A stretch of 64,000 bases of DNA from Candidatus Margulisiibacteriota bacterium. GTDB taxonomy: Bacteria; Margulisbacteria; Riflemargulisbacteria; GWF2-39-127. The translations under genes and the position numbers were made by a program. This document shows, one piece after another, positions 48,807 through 59,047 of the stretch. Every line of letters begins with the position of its first letter. The stretch's first letter is position 1. The stretch spans positions 2,965-66,964 of the forward strand of contig QKMY01000020.1 of the NCBI GenBank assembly GCA_003242895.1. Reading direction: 5' to 3'. The notes beneath the pieces are model-generated. The model was given only the letters and a program-made list of their open reading frames with translations, was not told the DNA's origin and did not search any database.

Positions 48807-49010
48807 AGTAGTTTAATACTATCCTGCTACTTACTATTTGGAAAGTCTAAAATGATCACCCTAGATCTCATAGAGGAAATATTGATGTAATGGCCTTTCT
48901 GCTTGATATATCTGAAAATAAAAAACGGTGGTAAAAAAATCTACATACTATCAATTAATATCAAAGCAGGAACTTGAGTGAATAACAAAACATTGTATAT
49001 AATATAACTT

Positions 49011-50045
49011 ATGCACATACATACACACACCGTAGTTCTGGGAACAGATTTTAACGCCACGCCAATTGAAACAAGAGAAAAACTTGTTTTTTATTCACAT
49101 AATAAAGAAAAATTTTTGAAATCCATTGTTAGCCCGGAGACTAAAATCACCGAAGCTGTTGTTCTATCAACATGCAATAGAACAGAATTTTATTTTGTCA
49201 CCCAAGATACCGATTATTCTACCAATAGTCTGTTAAACGCCATTTCGAGTTATTGCGGCATTGAATATTCCTTGCTGGCTAAAATATTTTATAAGTATAC
49301 CTGCGAAGCAGCGGCAGACCACCTTTTTCGTGTAACTTCAGGTCTCGAATCTATGGTCATTGGAGAAAATGAAATATTAGGACAAGTAAAGGAAGCTTAC
49401 CAAATAAGCGTTTGCGCAGGATGCAGTGGAGCATTTCTTAAAAAGTTATTCGAGAAATCCTTTTCAGTGGGAAAAAATATTAGAACAAAAACAGGCATCG
49501 GCAAAGGCGCATATTCGGTGTTTTCCGTATCCTACGACCTGATACAGAAACATACCGTAAATTTACCGGCAAAAAAAATACTGATAATTGGGCTAAGCAA
49601 GATGGGCTTCGGATTATTGAACAGGATAAAAAAAGATAACAATACCATAGTAACCATAGCGAATAGAACTATTAAAAAATCCGAACATTTCAGCAAATAC
49701 TATAACTGTAACTATATTCGATATGAACAGATCTACGATCATCTAGATGAATATAACATTGTAGTTGCCGCGACCGCATCCCCGTCGCATATAATTAATT
49801 ATGACAACCTGTATGGACGTCATTTCAAAACACCTGTAACGTTTATAGATATGGGAGTTCCGAGAAATATTGATCCAGAGATTGACGGCATAGCTAAAAT
49901 TACTTTATTTAACATAGATGATCTTAAAAAAATATCAGAGGATACGTTAAAAAAACGAACTTCAGAAATAGATAAAGTTGTAGAAATAATAAATAAGTCT
50001 GTTGGCTCGTACACCAAATGGCATAAGGAAAAAGTACTCATATGA
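49011..50045 (+). CDS. hemA: Glutamyl-tRNA reductase
   Basis: Hallmark STCNRTEFYF. C-terminal NADPH-binding GxGxxG-like IIGLSKMG. Confidence 0.85.
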   Translation: MHIHTHTVVLGTDFNATPIETREKLVFYSHNKEKFLKSIVSPETKITEAVVLSTCNRTEFYFVTQDTDYSTNSLLNAISSYCGIEYSLLAKIFYKYTCEAAADHLFRVTSGLESMVIGENEILGQVKEAYQISVCAGCSGAFLKKLFEKSFSVGKNIRTKTGIGKGAYSVFSVSYDLIQKHTVNLPAKKILIIGLSKMGFGLLNRIKKDNNTIVTIANRTIKKSEHFSKYYNCNYIRYEQIYDHLDEYNIVVAATASPSHIINYDNLYGRHFKTPVTFIDMGVPRNIDPEIDGIAKITLFNIDDLKKISEDTLKKRTSEIDKVVEIINKSVGSYTKWHKEKVLI

Positions 50046-50947
50046 AACACTTGTTGAAAATAGGTACCCGAGGTAGTGCACTGGCCCTGCGGCAGACCCA
50101 AATAATAGAAGGACTCCTCCACCCCTGTAATCCGGATCTTGAGATAAAAAAGATCATTATCACTACGTCGGGAGATCGGGATAAAACAACACCATTAAAC
50201 CAAATCGGTGGTAAAGGAATATTTATTAAAGAACTCGAACAAGCACTTTTAACCGGAGAAATAGACTGCGCTATTCATTGTTTTAAGGATATTACTGCTG
50301 CTATGCACCCTTCACTTGAACTCTGCGCATTTCTTCCGCCTGAATCCTCTGCCGATGTTCTTGTCTCCCAAAACAACCGGCGATTGATCGATCTGCCGGC
50401 AGGTTCACGTATTGCGACAAGTAGTATGCGACGTAAAATTCTGGCTGAGAGAATCCGTCCGGATATAAATACAGTCGAGGTTAGAGGAAATGTTGATACC
50501 CGATTGAAAAAAATTGACAATAACGAATTTGAAGGAATAATCTTATCAGAAGCCGGGCTTATCAGACTCGGCATGCAGGCAAGAGTTGCAGAGCGATTTA
50601 ATCAGGATGAGTTCCCTCCAGCCCCAGGACAGGGAGTATTGGCAATACAGGCCCGAAAAGTCGATACTTTAAATAAGGATATACTTACTGCGATAAATGA
50701 TCGCGAACAGGAACTTAAATCAAGGATGGAAATGCGATTTCTGGAAATTGTAGGATTTGATTGCAATGTCCCGTTAGGCCTCTTCACAACAACAAACGAA
50801 GAAAGCATCACTATGAAAGGATTTATTTCAGATATCTCAGGATCACGGTTCCATGAATCATTTATTACTGGAGCTAAGTCGCATAGCATAATGCTTGCAG
50901 AAGAATTGGGCAGAAGATTTCTATCATGGCGGAAAAACCTATCATGA
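50042..50947 (+). CDS. hemC: Porphobilinogen deaminase (hydroxymethylbilane synthase)
   Basis: IGTRGSALALRQT N-terminus. Dipyrromethane-cofactor Cys region. ATGA overlap with hemA. Confidence 0.9.
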   Translation: MKHLLKIGTRGSALALRQTQIIEGLLHPCNPDLEIKKIIITTSGDRDKTTPLNQIGGKGIFIKELEQALLTGEIDCAIHCFKDITAAMHPSLELCAFLPPESSADVLVSQNNRRLIDLPAGSRIATSSMRRKILAERIRPDINTVEVRGNVDTRLKKIDNNEFEGIILSEAGLIRLGMQARVAERFNQDEFPPAPGQGVLAIQARKVDTLNKDILTAINDREQELKSRMEMRFLEIVGFDCNVPLGLFTTTNEESITMKGFISDISGSRFHESFITGAKSHSIMLAEELGRRFLSWRKNLS

Positions 50948-51579
50948 ACTATTACCCAATCAACATCAACGTTACCGGAAAAACTTGTTTGGTCGTCGGA
51001 GGCGGCACGGTAGCGCTCCACAAAGTAATAAGTTTACTTGCCAATGGAGCCTTAGTGGATGTGGTCTCCGAGACTTTTACAAAAGAGTTTAAAAAACTAC
51101 GAAACAAAAAAAACATTAATCTTCTCTATAAAAGTTTTGATCAGGCTATTCTATTTCAAAAAAAGTATTGTCTCGTGTTTGCAGCAACAGATAATTACCA
51201 ACTCCATCAAACCATCTCAAGCCTTTGTACTGAACACAACATCCTTTGTAATGTTGTGGACGATCCTCAGCTATGCAATTTTATTGTACCGGCGGTCCTT
51301 ATCCGCGGTCCGGTCACCGTATCAGTTTCCACTGCCGGAGCCAGCCCCTACCTTGCTAAAATTATTAGAGACAAAATCGGTGAGCACATAGGCAAAAACT
51401 ATGGCATGCTTGCTATTTACTTGAAAAGCTTGCGTCCCGTAGTCAAGGACCGATACCCGTCCCAAAGTAAACGGAAGTATTTTTGGGACAAATTTTTTGC
51501 CCTCGACCCGTTAAATATCGTCGAAACTTCTGGTATCGCCGATTTAGAAACAAAAGCTAAGAGGTTGCTCGATGAATAA
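50944..51579 (+). CDS. sirC: Precorrin-2 dehydrogenase / sirohydrochlorin ferrochelatase (CysG N-domain / SirC-Met8-like)
   Basis: NAD-binding LVVGGGTVALHKV. ~210 aa. The ATG at 50944 overlaps the hemC stop (ATGA). An alternative upstream ATG at 50926 is also possible. Confidence 0.7.
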   Translation: MNYYPININVTGKTCLVVGGGTVALHKVISLLANGALVDVVSETFTKEFKKLRNKKNINLLYKSFDQAILFQKKYCLVFAATDNYQLHQTISSLCTEHNILCNVVDDPQLCNFIVPAVLIRGPVTVSVSTAGASPYLAKIIRDKIGEHIGKNYGMLAIYLKSLRPVVKDRYPSQSKRKYFWDKFFALDPLNIVETSGIADLETKAKRLLDE

Positions 51580-53050
51580 AGGAAAAGTATATCTTATCGG
51601 TGCCGGTCCGGGAGATCCTGAATTAATTAGCATGAAAGCCATGAGAATATTGCAGTCTGCTGATACAGTACTCTACGACAGTCTGGCAAATCATGACATA
51701 CTCTTGCTTTGCAAACCAAATGCCAAACTCATCAATGTTGGAAAACGAAAAGGCAACCATTCAGCGGTCCAATCGGAAATCAACCGAATGATATACAAAG
51801 AGGCAAAAAAGGCCAATATCGTTGCCAGGTTAAAAGGCGGCGACCCGTTCCTGTTTGGCCGGGGTGCCGAAGAGATGCAGTATCTTATCAAACTCGGATT
51901 AGAAGTTGAGGTCATCCCAGGAATCACCTCTGCACTTGCAGTACCAGCATACGCAGGGATACCGGTAACGCACAGAGAGTTGTCGAGCTCAGTAGCGTTA
52001 ATTACAGGGCATATGATGGAAGGAAAAACCCTCGACAACCTGAAGATACCCGCTGCTGATACAATTATTGTTCTTATGGGAATAAGCAATCTCGCAGAAC
52101 TGGTCGATAAGCTACTTACCCGTTCTGATTTTAATACAAATACGCCGGCAGCATTAATCCGCGAAGGGACGCTTCCCTGGCAAAAAACAATTATCGGAAC
52201 ATTAGGGAATATTTGCAAAAAAAAAGAAGAACAAAAACTAACCGCGCCAGCTATATTCGTTGTAGGTAATGTAGTAACGCTCAGAGAGTCACTGAACTGG
52301 TTTGAATCCAAGCCATTATTCGGACAACGGATCATTGTGCTCAGAACATTGGAACAATCAATGGAAATCACACAAAAACTTAATGATTTAGGTGCAACAG
52401 TAGTCAAACGTCCGATCATTCAAATCGTGCCGCTGAAAAAAAACCTGCAAAAATTAAAGAACCGGTTTCTGAATAAATTTACCATGATTATATTTACCAG
52501 CCCGAATGCCGTTGACCTTTTCATGAAACAGCTCTTCTCTAAAAATCTGGATACGCGTCAGCTTGCAGGGAAACAAATTATTGCTATAGGGCCCAAAACA
52601 TCAGATCATCTTAAACAATATGGAATTATTTCTGACAGCGTCCCCCGGGAATATATGGCAGAAGGAATACTGGAGATGCTCCCCCTGGACCTTTCCTCTG
52701 AAAATATTTTATTACCAAGATCAGCCGAGTCCCGAATGGTGCTCCCTGATGAACTGAAGAATAGACAGGCAACCGTTACAGTACTGGATATTTATGCCAC
52801 AATAAGCCCTGACACACTTGACATAGAGTTGAAGAATGATGACTATGTTATTTTTACGAGCTCATCTACAGTCCGGCACTTCTATGCGGTCCAAAACCCC
52901 GGCACTATCGATTTTACCGCTTTCTGTATCGGAGCAATCACTGCTGCTGAACTTGAAAAATTTGGACACAAGAAAATTATTGTAGCAAAACAGGCAACAA
53001 TTGACAGTCTGATAGATTGTATTCTGAACGTCAAAAGACCTACACTATAA
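51572..53050 (+). CDS. cobA-hemD: Fused uroporphyrinogen-III C-methyltransferase / uroporphyrinogen-III synthase
   Basis: N-terminal SUMT motifs VYLIGAGPGDPELIS, VLYD. C-terminal ~240 aa has the HemD fold. This fusion is common in anaerobes. Confidence 0.8.
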   Translation: MNKGKVYLIGAGPGDPELISMKAMRILQSADTVLYDSLANHDILLLCKPNAKLINVGKRKGNHSAVQSEINRMIYKEAKKANIVARLKGGDPFLFGRGAEEMQYLIKLGLEVEVIPGITSALAVPAYAGIPVTHRELSSSVALITGHMMEGKTLDNLKIPAADTIIVLMGISNLAELVDKLLTRSDFNTNTPAALIREGTLPWQKTIIGTLGNICKKKEEQKLTAPAIFVVGNVVTLRESLNWFESKPLFGQRIIVLRTLEQSMEITQKLNDLGATVVKRPIIQIVPLKKNLQKLKNRFLNKFTMIIFTSPNAVDLFMKQLFSKNLDTRQLAGKQIIAIGPKTSDHLKQYGIISDSVPREYMAEGILEMLPLDLSSENILLPRSAESRMVLPDELKNRQATVTVLDIYATISPDTLDIELKNDDYVIFTSSSTVRHFYAVQNPGTIDFTAFCIGAITAAELEKFGHKKIIVAKQATIDSLIDCILNVKRPTL

Positions 53051-53075
53051 TTATTGGAAATGGACAAAATGAATT

Positions 53076-54266
53076 ATGATAAGCATTAGCAAACTATGGT
53101 GCGATGAAGACTTCCCTCACAATAACCTGCGGTATGGAGAATCCAGGGATACGGACAATCCCTGGGGCAACATACCTTCGGCAAAAGAACGAAAACCGAT
53201 AATTGTCTGGAACTGTACAAAAAGTTGCAACCTGAAATGCGTTCATTGCTATTCGGATTCAACTGCGCATCACTACGAAAATGAACTCACTACCGCGGAA
53301 GGAAAAAATCTTTTAACCCAGTTACGAGACTTTGGCGTTAAAGCTGTGCTTTTTTCCGGAGGCGAACCACTGATGCGTTCGGATATATTCGAATTGCTCG
53401 GTTATGCATCAGATCTCGGATTACGCACAGTACTTTCTACGAACGGAACATTGATTGATCATAAGCTTGCCGCACAATTACGTGCACTTAATCCTTCCTA
53501 CATCGGTATTAGCCTTGACGGCATAGGAACTATCAATGACGATTTTCGGGGCGTAAGCGGGGCCTTCGCTCGTGCATCCGACGCCTTTGATAACTGCATA
53601 AAAGAAGGAATAAAAACAGGTTTGCGCCTTACTATGACAAAACACACTATCGCAGGCCTTGAAAATATTTTCAAGTTTATTGAAGAAAAGAACATTCCGC
53701 GAGTTTGCTTTTACCACTTAGTACCTGCAGGCAGAGGACAGTCAAAACACTTGCTGTCTGCCCAGGAATCGAGGATGGCACTCGACCTGATTATCGAAAA
53801 AGCCGAACAATATGCTAAACAGGGAATAAAAAAAGATATCCTGACCGTCGATAACCATGTTGATGGCGTTTATCTTTACCTGAAAATGATGAAAAAAGAC
53901 AAGAAAAAAGCAACGGAGATCAAAAAACATTTACTCTGGAACGGGGGCGGGCGGTACAGCACAGGAATCGGAATTGGCGAAATCGATTTTTATGGAAATG
54001 TACATCCCGACCAGTTCTGGATGCATTATACTTTCGGCAACATACGAGAAAGGTCTTTTGCAGACATCTGGACCGATGAACGCGATGATTTGCTTAGGGG
54101 ACTTCGTAACAGGCTGCCTCTACTCAAAGGAAAATGCTCCCGGTGTGCCTATGTAGAAATGTGCGGCGGAAGCTTGAGAGTAAGGGCCGAGATTATACAT
54201 GGGGACCAGTGGCAAGAAGACCCGGCCTGTTATTTATCTGAAGAGGAGATCGCACAGCATGAATAA
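53076..54266 (+). CDS. ahbC: Radical SAM/SPASM protein of the NirJ/AhbC/AhbD family (Fe-coproporphyrin synthase or haem synthase of the alternative haem pathway)
   Basis: CNLKCVHCY radical-SAM cluster. C-terminal SPASM Cys cluster (CSRCAYVEMCGG...PACY). Sits in the haem cluster next to ahbAB. The AhbC versus AhbD assignment cannot be decided from sequence alone. Confidence 0.65.
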   Translation: MISISKLWCDEDFPHNNLRYGESRDTDNPWGNIPSAKERKPIIVWNCTKSCNLKCVHCYSDSTAHHYENELTTAEGKNLLTQLRDFGVKAVLFSGGEPLMRSDIFELLGYASDLGLRTVLSTNGTLIDHKLAAQLRALNPSYIGISLDGIGTINDDFRGVSGAFARASDAFDNCIKEGIKTGLRLTMTKHTIAGLENIFKFIEEKNIPRVCFYHLVPAGRGQSKHLLSAQESRMALDLIIEKAEQYAKQGIKKDILTVDNHVDGVYLYLKMMKKDKKKATEIKKHLLWNGGGRYSTGIGIGEIDFYGNVHPDQFWMHYTFGNIRERSFADIWTDERDDLLRGLRNRLPLLKGKCSRCAYVEMCGGSLRVRAEIIHGDQWQEDPACYLSEEEIAQHE

Positions 54267-55290
54267 TCAACTTCGCATCCTGGCTTTAGAAGTCACCTCT
54301 ACCTGTCCCTTACAATGCCGGCATTGCAGGGGCTCCTGTACCCAACAAGGCATTACGAATGAACTCAATATCCATGAAATAGAAAATTTATTTGCCAATA
54401 TTTCTTCCTTTGCGGCACCACTGGTCATTATCACAGGAGGAGAGCCTTTGGCAAGAAAAGACATATTTGACATAATAGAAATCGGCAACAAATATAAGCT
54501 GCCGATGGCACTTGCAACCTGCGGCTGGTATATGGACCGGCAGAAAGCTCTGGCATTTAAGCAGCTCGGCATTAAAAGGATCAGTCTGAGCATGGATGCT
54601 TTTGACCAGGAAGGGCATGATGCATTCCGTGGAATTATAGGGTCCTATGCCAAAGTCAGGGAAGCTGCCGGAATTCTAAATGAGATTGGATTGGATTTTC
54701 AGATTAATACAACCATATCGAACCTTAATTGGCAGACAATCCCACAAATAGTTGATACGGTAACCGAACTCAAAGCGTGTGCCTGGCATCCGTTTATCCT
54801 TGTGCCAACCGGCAGAGGAAAAACGATTAATAACCTGTGCCTGGAAAAAGATCAATACCGGCAAGCACTGCTCTCCATTAAAGAATTACAGCACCATAGC
54901 CAATTACAGATCAAACCGACCTGTGCACCCTATTATGCGCGGCTTAACAGCAATAATTATAACAATTCTGTCAAAACAAATACGCTCCATTCATTTACCA
55001 GAGGCTGTCTGGGCGGCATTAATTTCGCGTTCATCTCTTCCCGGGGCAAAGTACAGATATGTGGTTTTTTGGATATTGAAGCCGGAGATCTCAGAAATAC
55101 CGGGTTTAAGCTTGATACGATATGGAACCATTCGCAGCTATTCACTCAATTAAGGAACCGTGATAACTACAAGGGAAAATGCGGAAAATGCGGATCGCAT
55201 AACATATGCGGAGGGTGTCGTTCCAGAGCCTACTATGAAACGAACGACTTTCTGGAATCCGACAGCTCCTGCTTTTTTCTTGAGGGCTAG
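54259..55290 (+). CDS. ahbD: Second NirJ-family radical SAM/SPASM protein (AhbD/AhbC-like)
   Basis: CPLQCRHCRGSC cluster. SPASM C-terminus (CGKCGSHNICGGCRSRAY...SSCFF). Start at MNNQLRIL overlaps the previous stop (ATGAATAA). Confidence 0.65.
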   Translation: MNNQLRILALEVTSTCPLQCRHCRGSCTQQGITNELNIHEIENLFANISSFAAPLVIITGGEPLARKDIFDIIEIGNKYKLPMALATCGWYMDRQKALAFKQLGIKRISLSMDAFDQEGHDAFRGIIGSYAKVREAAGILNEIGLDFQINTTISNLNWQTIPQIVDTVTELKACAWHPFILVPTGRGKTINNLCLEKDQYRQALLSIKELQHHSQLQIKPTCAPYYARLNSNNYNNSVKTNTLHSFTRGCLGGINFAFISSRGKVQICGFLDIEAGDLRNTGFKLDTIWNHSQLFTQLRNRDNYKGKCGKCGSHNICGGCRSRAYYETNDFLESDSSCFFLEG

Positions 55291-55294
55291 TAAG

Positions 55295-55741
55295 ATGGAT
55301 ACACTGGACAAAAGAATACTTAAGCTAATTCAAAATGACTTCCCTTTAAAATCAAGGCCGTTCCTCCACCTCGCTACGGAATTAGGTATCGCAGAAGACC
55401 TTCTTATTGAACGGCTCAAACGACTACAGAAGGAAGGCATAATAAAGTATATTAAGCCAATTCTTAACGCACATACCTTAGGATATACAAGTATCCTGGC
55501 AGGAGCCAAAGTGGATCCGGCTTTTATTGAGCCCATTGCCGCCAAAATCAATGCGATATCCGGTGTTACCCATAACTACGAACGCAATCACGAATTTAAC
55601 CTCTGGTTTACTATTACTTCGCCAGATAAGACAGAAATAGAGAAGCACATTGATACTTTAAGAAAACTGGAAGGGGTTGAGGCAATTATGATTCTGCCTG
55701 CAGAAAAAATATATAAAACGAGGGTCTCTTTTGCTATCTGA
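55295..55741 (+). CDS. ahbA: Siroheme decarboxylase subunit (AhbA/AhbB; NirD/L/G/H family, AsnC/Lrp-like fold)
   Basis: MDTLDKRILKLIQNDFPLKSRPF..LA.ELGI.E.....RL..L...GII. Confidence 0.7.
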   Translation: MDTLDKRILKLIQNDFPLKSRPFLHLATELGIAEDLLIERLKRLQKEGIIKYIKPILNAHTLGYTSILAGAKVDPAFIEPIAAKINAISGVTHNYERNHEFNLWFTITSPDKTEIEKHIDTLRKLEGVEAIMILPAEKIYKTRVSFAI

Positions 55742-56192
55742 ACAGGATAAGACAATACTTTCTCATATCCAACATAATATACCGCTCGTAAAAAAACCAT
55801 TTCAAAAGTACGCGGCAATTTTGGGGATCTCTCAGGAAAAACTGATCCGCTTGATATCTGGCTACCTGGAACATAAAATAATCAAGCGGTTTGCAGGAGT
55901 TCTTAACCACCATTCACTACAATTCGACTACAATGCTATGGTAGCTATACAGGTTAATGAAGATGATTGTGATAAATATGGGGAAAAATTAGCGCACTTG
56001 GAGTTTATCTCCCACTGCTACAAAAGAACCAGCGCAGAAAACTGGCCGTACAACTTATACATTATGATCCACGCATTAAATAAAAAAGATTTTGATATAA
56101 AATTATCAGTAGTCACCGACACTGTTAACTATTGTGCTATTCAAGTGTTACCTTCAGCAAAAGAGTTCAAGAAATGCAGTTTTTCTATCTGA
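55731..56192 (+). CDS. ahbB: Siroheme decarboxylase subunit (AhbB/AhbA paralogue)
   Basis: LSEQDKTILSHIQHNIPLVKKPFQKYAAILGISQEKLIRLI. Paralogous to the previous gene. Confidence 0.7.
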   Translation: MLSEQDKTILSHIQHNIPLVKKPFQKYAAILGISQEKLIRLISGYLEHKIIKRFAGVLNHHSLQFDYNAMVAIQVNEDDCDKYGEKLAHLEFISHCYKRTSAENWPYNLYIMIHALNKKDFDIKLSVVTDTVNYCAIQVLPSAKEFKKCSFSI

Positions 56193-56194
56193 TA

Positions 56195-57490
56195 TCAACC
56201 AACACTATTAATTATGCTTCCGATAATTCTAACTGCTTTGTTTAATTCTTGCTCTGAATGAACAGTAGAAATAAAATTCGCTTCAAATTGCGACGGGGAA
56301 AAATAAAGGCCGCGAGACAAAGCTGCCTGATAGAAATCAGCAAACCTTGCAGTATCACATTTTTTTGCATCCTGGAAATTTGATACGCTCCGGCTTGAAA
56401 AAAACATAGTGAACATTGAACCTATCGAGTTGATTTGGATTTCTTTGCCTTTTATTATCTCTTTCAGTGATGCAATAAAATACGCTGTCTTTTGACCAAG
56501 TTCTTCATAAAAACCTTTTTTTTGCAACGCTTTAAGAGTGGCAATTCCAGCGGCCATAGCTATGGGATTACCAGATAACGTCCCGGCCTGATAAACAGGT
56601 CCGAGTGGAGCAAGCATCGACATCAGTTCTGTACTACTTCCGTATGCACCCACCGGAAACCCTCCGCCAATTATCTTACCCAAACAGGTTATATCAGGAG
56701 TAATCCCGAAATATTCCTGCGCACCACCATATGCCAATCTAAATCCGGTAATTACCTCATCAAAAATAAGGAGAATCCCATAAGTCCGGGTAATAGCTCT
56801 CAATTCAGAAAGAAACCCCGGATTTGGAAGCACAACGCCCATGTTAGCAGGCACCGGCTCAACAATGACAACTGCAATGTCATTACGATATTCTTCGACT
56901 ACTCGCTTAAAGGCATTCAAATCATTAAAGGGAATGCTAATTGTTTCTCTAATAAATTCTTCTGGTACACCTGCAGAAAACGACATACTCGCGGTAGCCA
57001 TACCTGATCCGGCGGATACCAGAAGACAATCTGCATGTCCATGGTAACATCCGTCGAACTTAACGATTTTCTTTCTTTTTGTAAAAGCCCGGGCCAACCG
57101 TATCGCACTCATAACCGCTTCTGTACCGGAATTAACAAATCTGACCTGTTCAATAGACGGAACAGCCGCGACTACCATTCGGGCTAGAGTTGTTTCATTC
57201 TTGTGACAGGCACCAAAGCTGGAACCGCACTTGACACTTTTCCATACCGCATTAGTAACCGAATGATTAGTATGCCCCAAAATCAGCGGTCCCCACGATG
57301 CGCAAAAATCTAAATATTTGTTCCCATCCAAATCAAAAAGGCGACTTCCCTTCCCTTTTTCAATCATAGGGGGAGTACCTCCAACGTCTTTGAAAGACCT
57401 CACAGGACTATTAACTCCACCAGGCAAGTACTTTTGAGCTTCTTGAAATGCCTTGTTAGATTTAACTAAGCTAAACTTCTTATTTTTCAT
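56195..57490 (-). CDS. hemL: Glutamate-1-semialdehyde 2,1-aminomutase
   Basis: GGVNSPVRSF...YLDFCASWGPLILGH. PLP-Lys region. 431 aa. Confidence 0.9.
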   Translation of the reverse strand: MKNKKFSLVKSNKAFQEAQKYLPGGVNSPVRSFKDVGGTPPMIEKGKGSRLFDLDGNKYLDFCASWGPLILGHTNHSVTNAVWKSVKCGSSFGACHKNETTLARMVVAAVPSIEQVRFVNSGTEAVMSAIRLARAFTKRKKIVKFDGCYHGHADCLLVSAGSGMATASMSFSAGVPEEFIRETISIPFNDLNAFKRVVEEYRNDIAVVIVEPVPANMGVVLPNPGFLSELRAITRTYGILLIFDEVITGFRLAYGGAQEYFGITPDITCLGKIIGGGFPVGAYGSSTELMSMLAPLGPVYQAGTLSGNPIAMAAGIATLKALQKKGFYEELGQKTAYFIASLKEIIKGKEIQINSIGSMFTMFFSSRSVSNFQDAKKCDTARFADFYQAALSRGLYFSPSQFEANFISTVHSEQELNKAVRIIGSIINSVG

Positions 57491-57495
57491 AATAA

Positions 57496-58470
57496 TTAAC
57501 TCTCTCTCAATGCCCTTACAGCATCCTTAGCATAATAGGAAATGATATAATCGGCTCCGGCACGTTTAATGCCGTACAGCACTTCCAACATCGAACAGGT
57601 TTCATCGACCATACCGGCAGCAGCAGCCAGTTTGATCATCATATACTCTCCCGAAACGTGATAAGCTGCCAGCTTGATTTCTGGCAAGGAACTTCGTAGT
57701 AACTGAATAATATCCAGATAAGTATGGGCCGGCTTAACCATTAGCCAATCCGCTCCCTCCTCAAGGTCTGCCATGGCTTCAGCTAGTGCCTGATCCCTTG
57801 TTCTATAATCCATCTGGTAGGTTTTCCTATCCCCGAAAGAAGGAGTGCTTTGCACAGCGTGACGAAATGGTCCATAGAGATTTGAGGCATACTTCACAGA
57901 ATAAGAAAGTATTTTGGTATCTTTACAGCCATGAAAATCAAGAGATTGCCTTATTGCGCCAACCTGTCCGTCCATCATTGCTGAAGGAGCGACATAATCA
58001 GCACCGGCACCGGCATGAGCTACTGCCATCTGGGCAAGCAATGGCAAAGTCTCGTCATTGTGAATTTCCTGCCCTTTTACTACGCCACAATGCCCATGGT
58101 CCATATATCCGCACATACATACATCAGTAAATACGGTAACCTGAGGGTATGTTTGCTTAATAGCCTTGATTGTACGACATACAAGACCATCACTAGCATA
58201 AGCAAGTGTCCCCAAACTATCTTTCTGCTCTTCGTCAATAACACCGAACAACAATACTTTATTGATTTCTAAATCAATAAGTTCCTTGATATCGGCAAGG
58301 ATTCGGTCGATAGATAAATGAAAAACTCCAGCAAGAGATTTTATTTCTTGCTGGATATCGATTCCTTCTACAACAAAATAAGGATAAATAAAATCTTTTC
58401 CAGACAAAACAACTTCTGCGTACTTATCCCTAATATCCTGATTAATCCGATAGTCTCTTAACCTTAGCAT
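57496..58470 (-). CDS. hemB: Porphobilinogen synthase (ALA dehydratase)
   Basis: Active-site region YVAPSAMMDGQVGAIRQ and KTYQMDYRTRDQAL. Cys-rich Zn site CMCGYMDHGHCG. Confidence 0.9.
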   Translation of the reverse strand: MLRLRDYRINQDIRDKYAEVVLSGKDFIYPYFVVEGIDIQQEIKSLAGVFHLSIDRILADIKELIDLEINKVLLFGVIDEEQKDSLGTLAYASDGLVCRTIKAIKQTYPQVTVFTDVCMCGYMDHGHCGVVKGQEIHNDETLPLLAQMAVAHAGAGADYVAPSAMMDGQVGAIRQSLDFHGCKDTKILSYSVKYASNLYGPFRHAVQSTPSFGDRKTYQMDYRTRDQALAEAMADLEEGADWLMVKPAHTYLDIIQLLRSSLPEIKLAAYHVSGEYMMIKLAAAAGMVDETCSMLEVLYGIKRAGADYIISYYAKDAVRALRES

Positions 58471-58480
58471 ATATTCAGAA

Positions 58481-59002
58481 TTAAGGAAAAACTATTTGCA
58501 ATCGTGATTCGTCAAGTTTGGTAACCTTAAGGCTTTCATTAAAATGCTTACCAACACCCTTGACTAGACCCATTAGAATATCGATAAGTCCACGTTTCGA
58601 TTGGTATTTCATTATCAATGTTTTGGCATCTTTCTCTTCATATTCAAATCTCGGAGGATGAGCGTTCGCAACAGTCATAGTTGTTCTCTCATGTACTTTA
58701 TCCATTGCCAGCAAAAATTCTTTCGCATTTTTAGGTTTCAAATAGTACGCACCATACATATTCTTCGCATAAACATTTACCCAATAATCTCCGAAGGCGT
58801 CGGCAGCTTGGGCTAGCGTTATCCCTAGTACCGTACAGGTAGCTTTGATCGCTGCCATTACCGCCGCATCATCGATATCTGCTGTTGGTAAAAACTTTGT
58901 ATCAGCAGGTAACCCTATTGATGTTAAAACCTTTTCCCACTTATCTTTCCCAAACTTTTCCACAACTAATTGTTCCAAACATATCGCAATTACACCTTTC
59001 AT
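58481..59002 (-). CDS. hnoX: H-NOX (haem nitric oxide/oxygen-binding) sensor domain protein
   Basis: 173 aa. N-terminal MKGVI. Proximal His at 104 (FLLAMDKVHERT). Y-x-S-x-R haem-propionate motif at 133-137 (YQSKR). PPR and GL..G..K.F block. Aligns along its length with characterised stand-alone H-NOX proteins. Confidence 0.75.
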   Translation of the reverse strand: MKGVIAICLEQLVVEKFGKDKWEKVLTSIGLPADTKFLPTADIDDAAVMAAIKATCTVLGITLAQAADAFGDYWVNVYAKNMYGAYYLKPKNAKEFLLAMDKVHERTTMTVANAHPPRFEYEEKDAKTLIMKYQSKRGLIDILMGLVKGVGKHFNESLKVTKLDESRLQIVFP

Positions 59003-59047
59003 TTCAATCTCCTTTTTTATTTTATTTTTTTCTTTTACCCCAGCATT

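Noticed and set aside
49014-49034. CACATACATACACACACC repeat at the hemA 5' end, resembling a CA microsatellite.
   Set aside because: It is inside the coding frame (MHIHTHT) and too short to call a repeat element.
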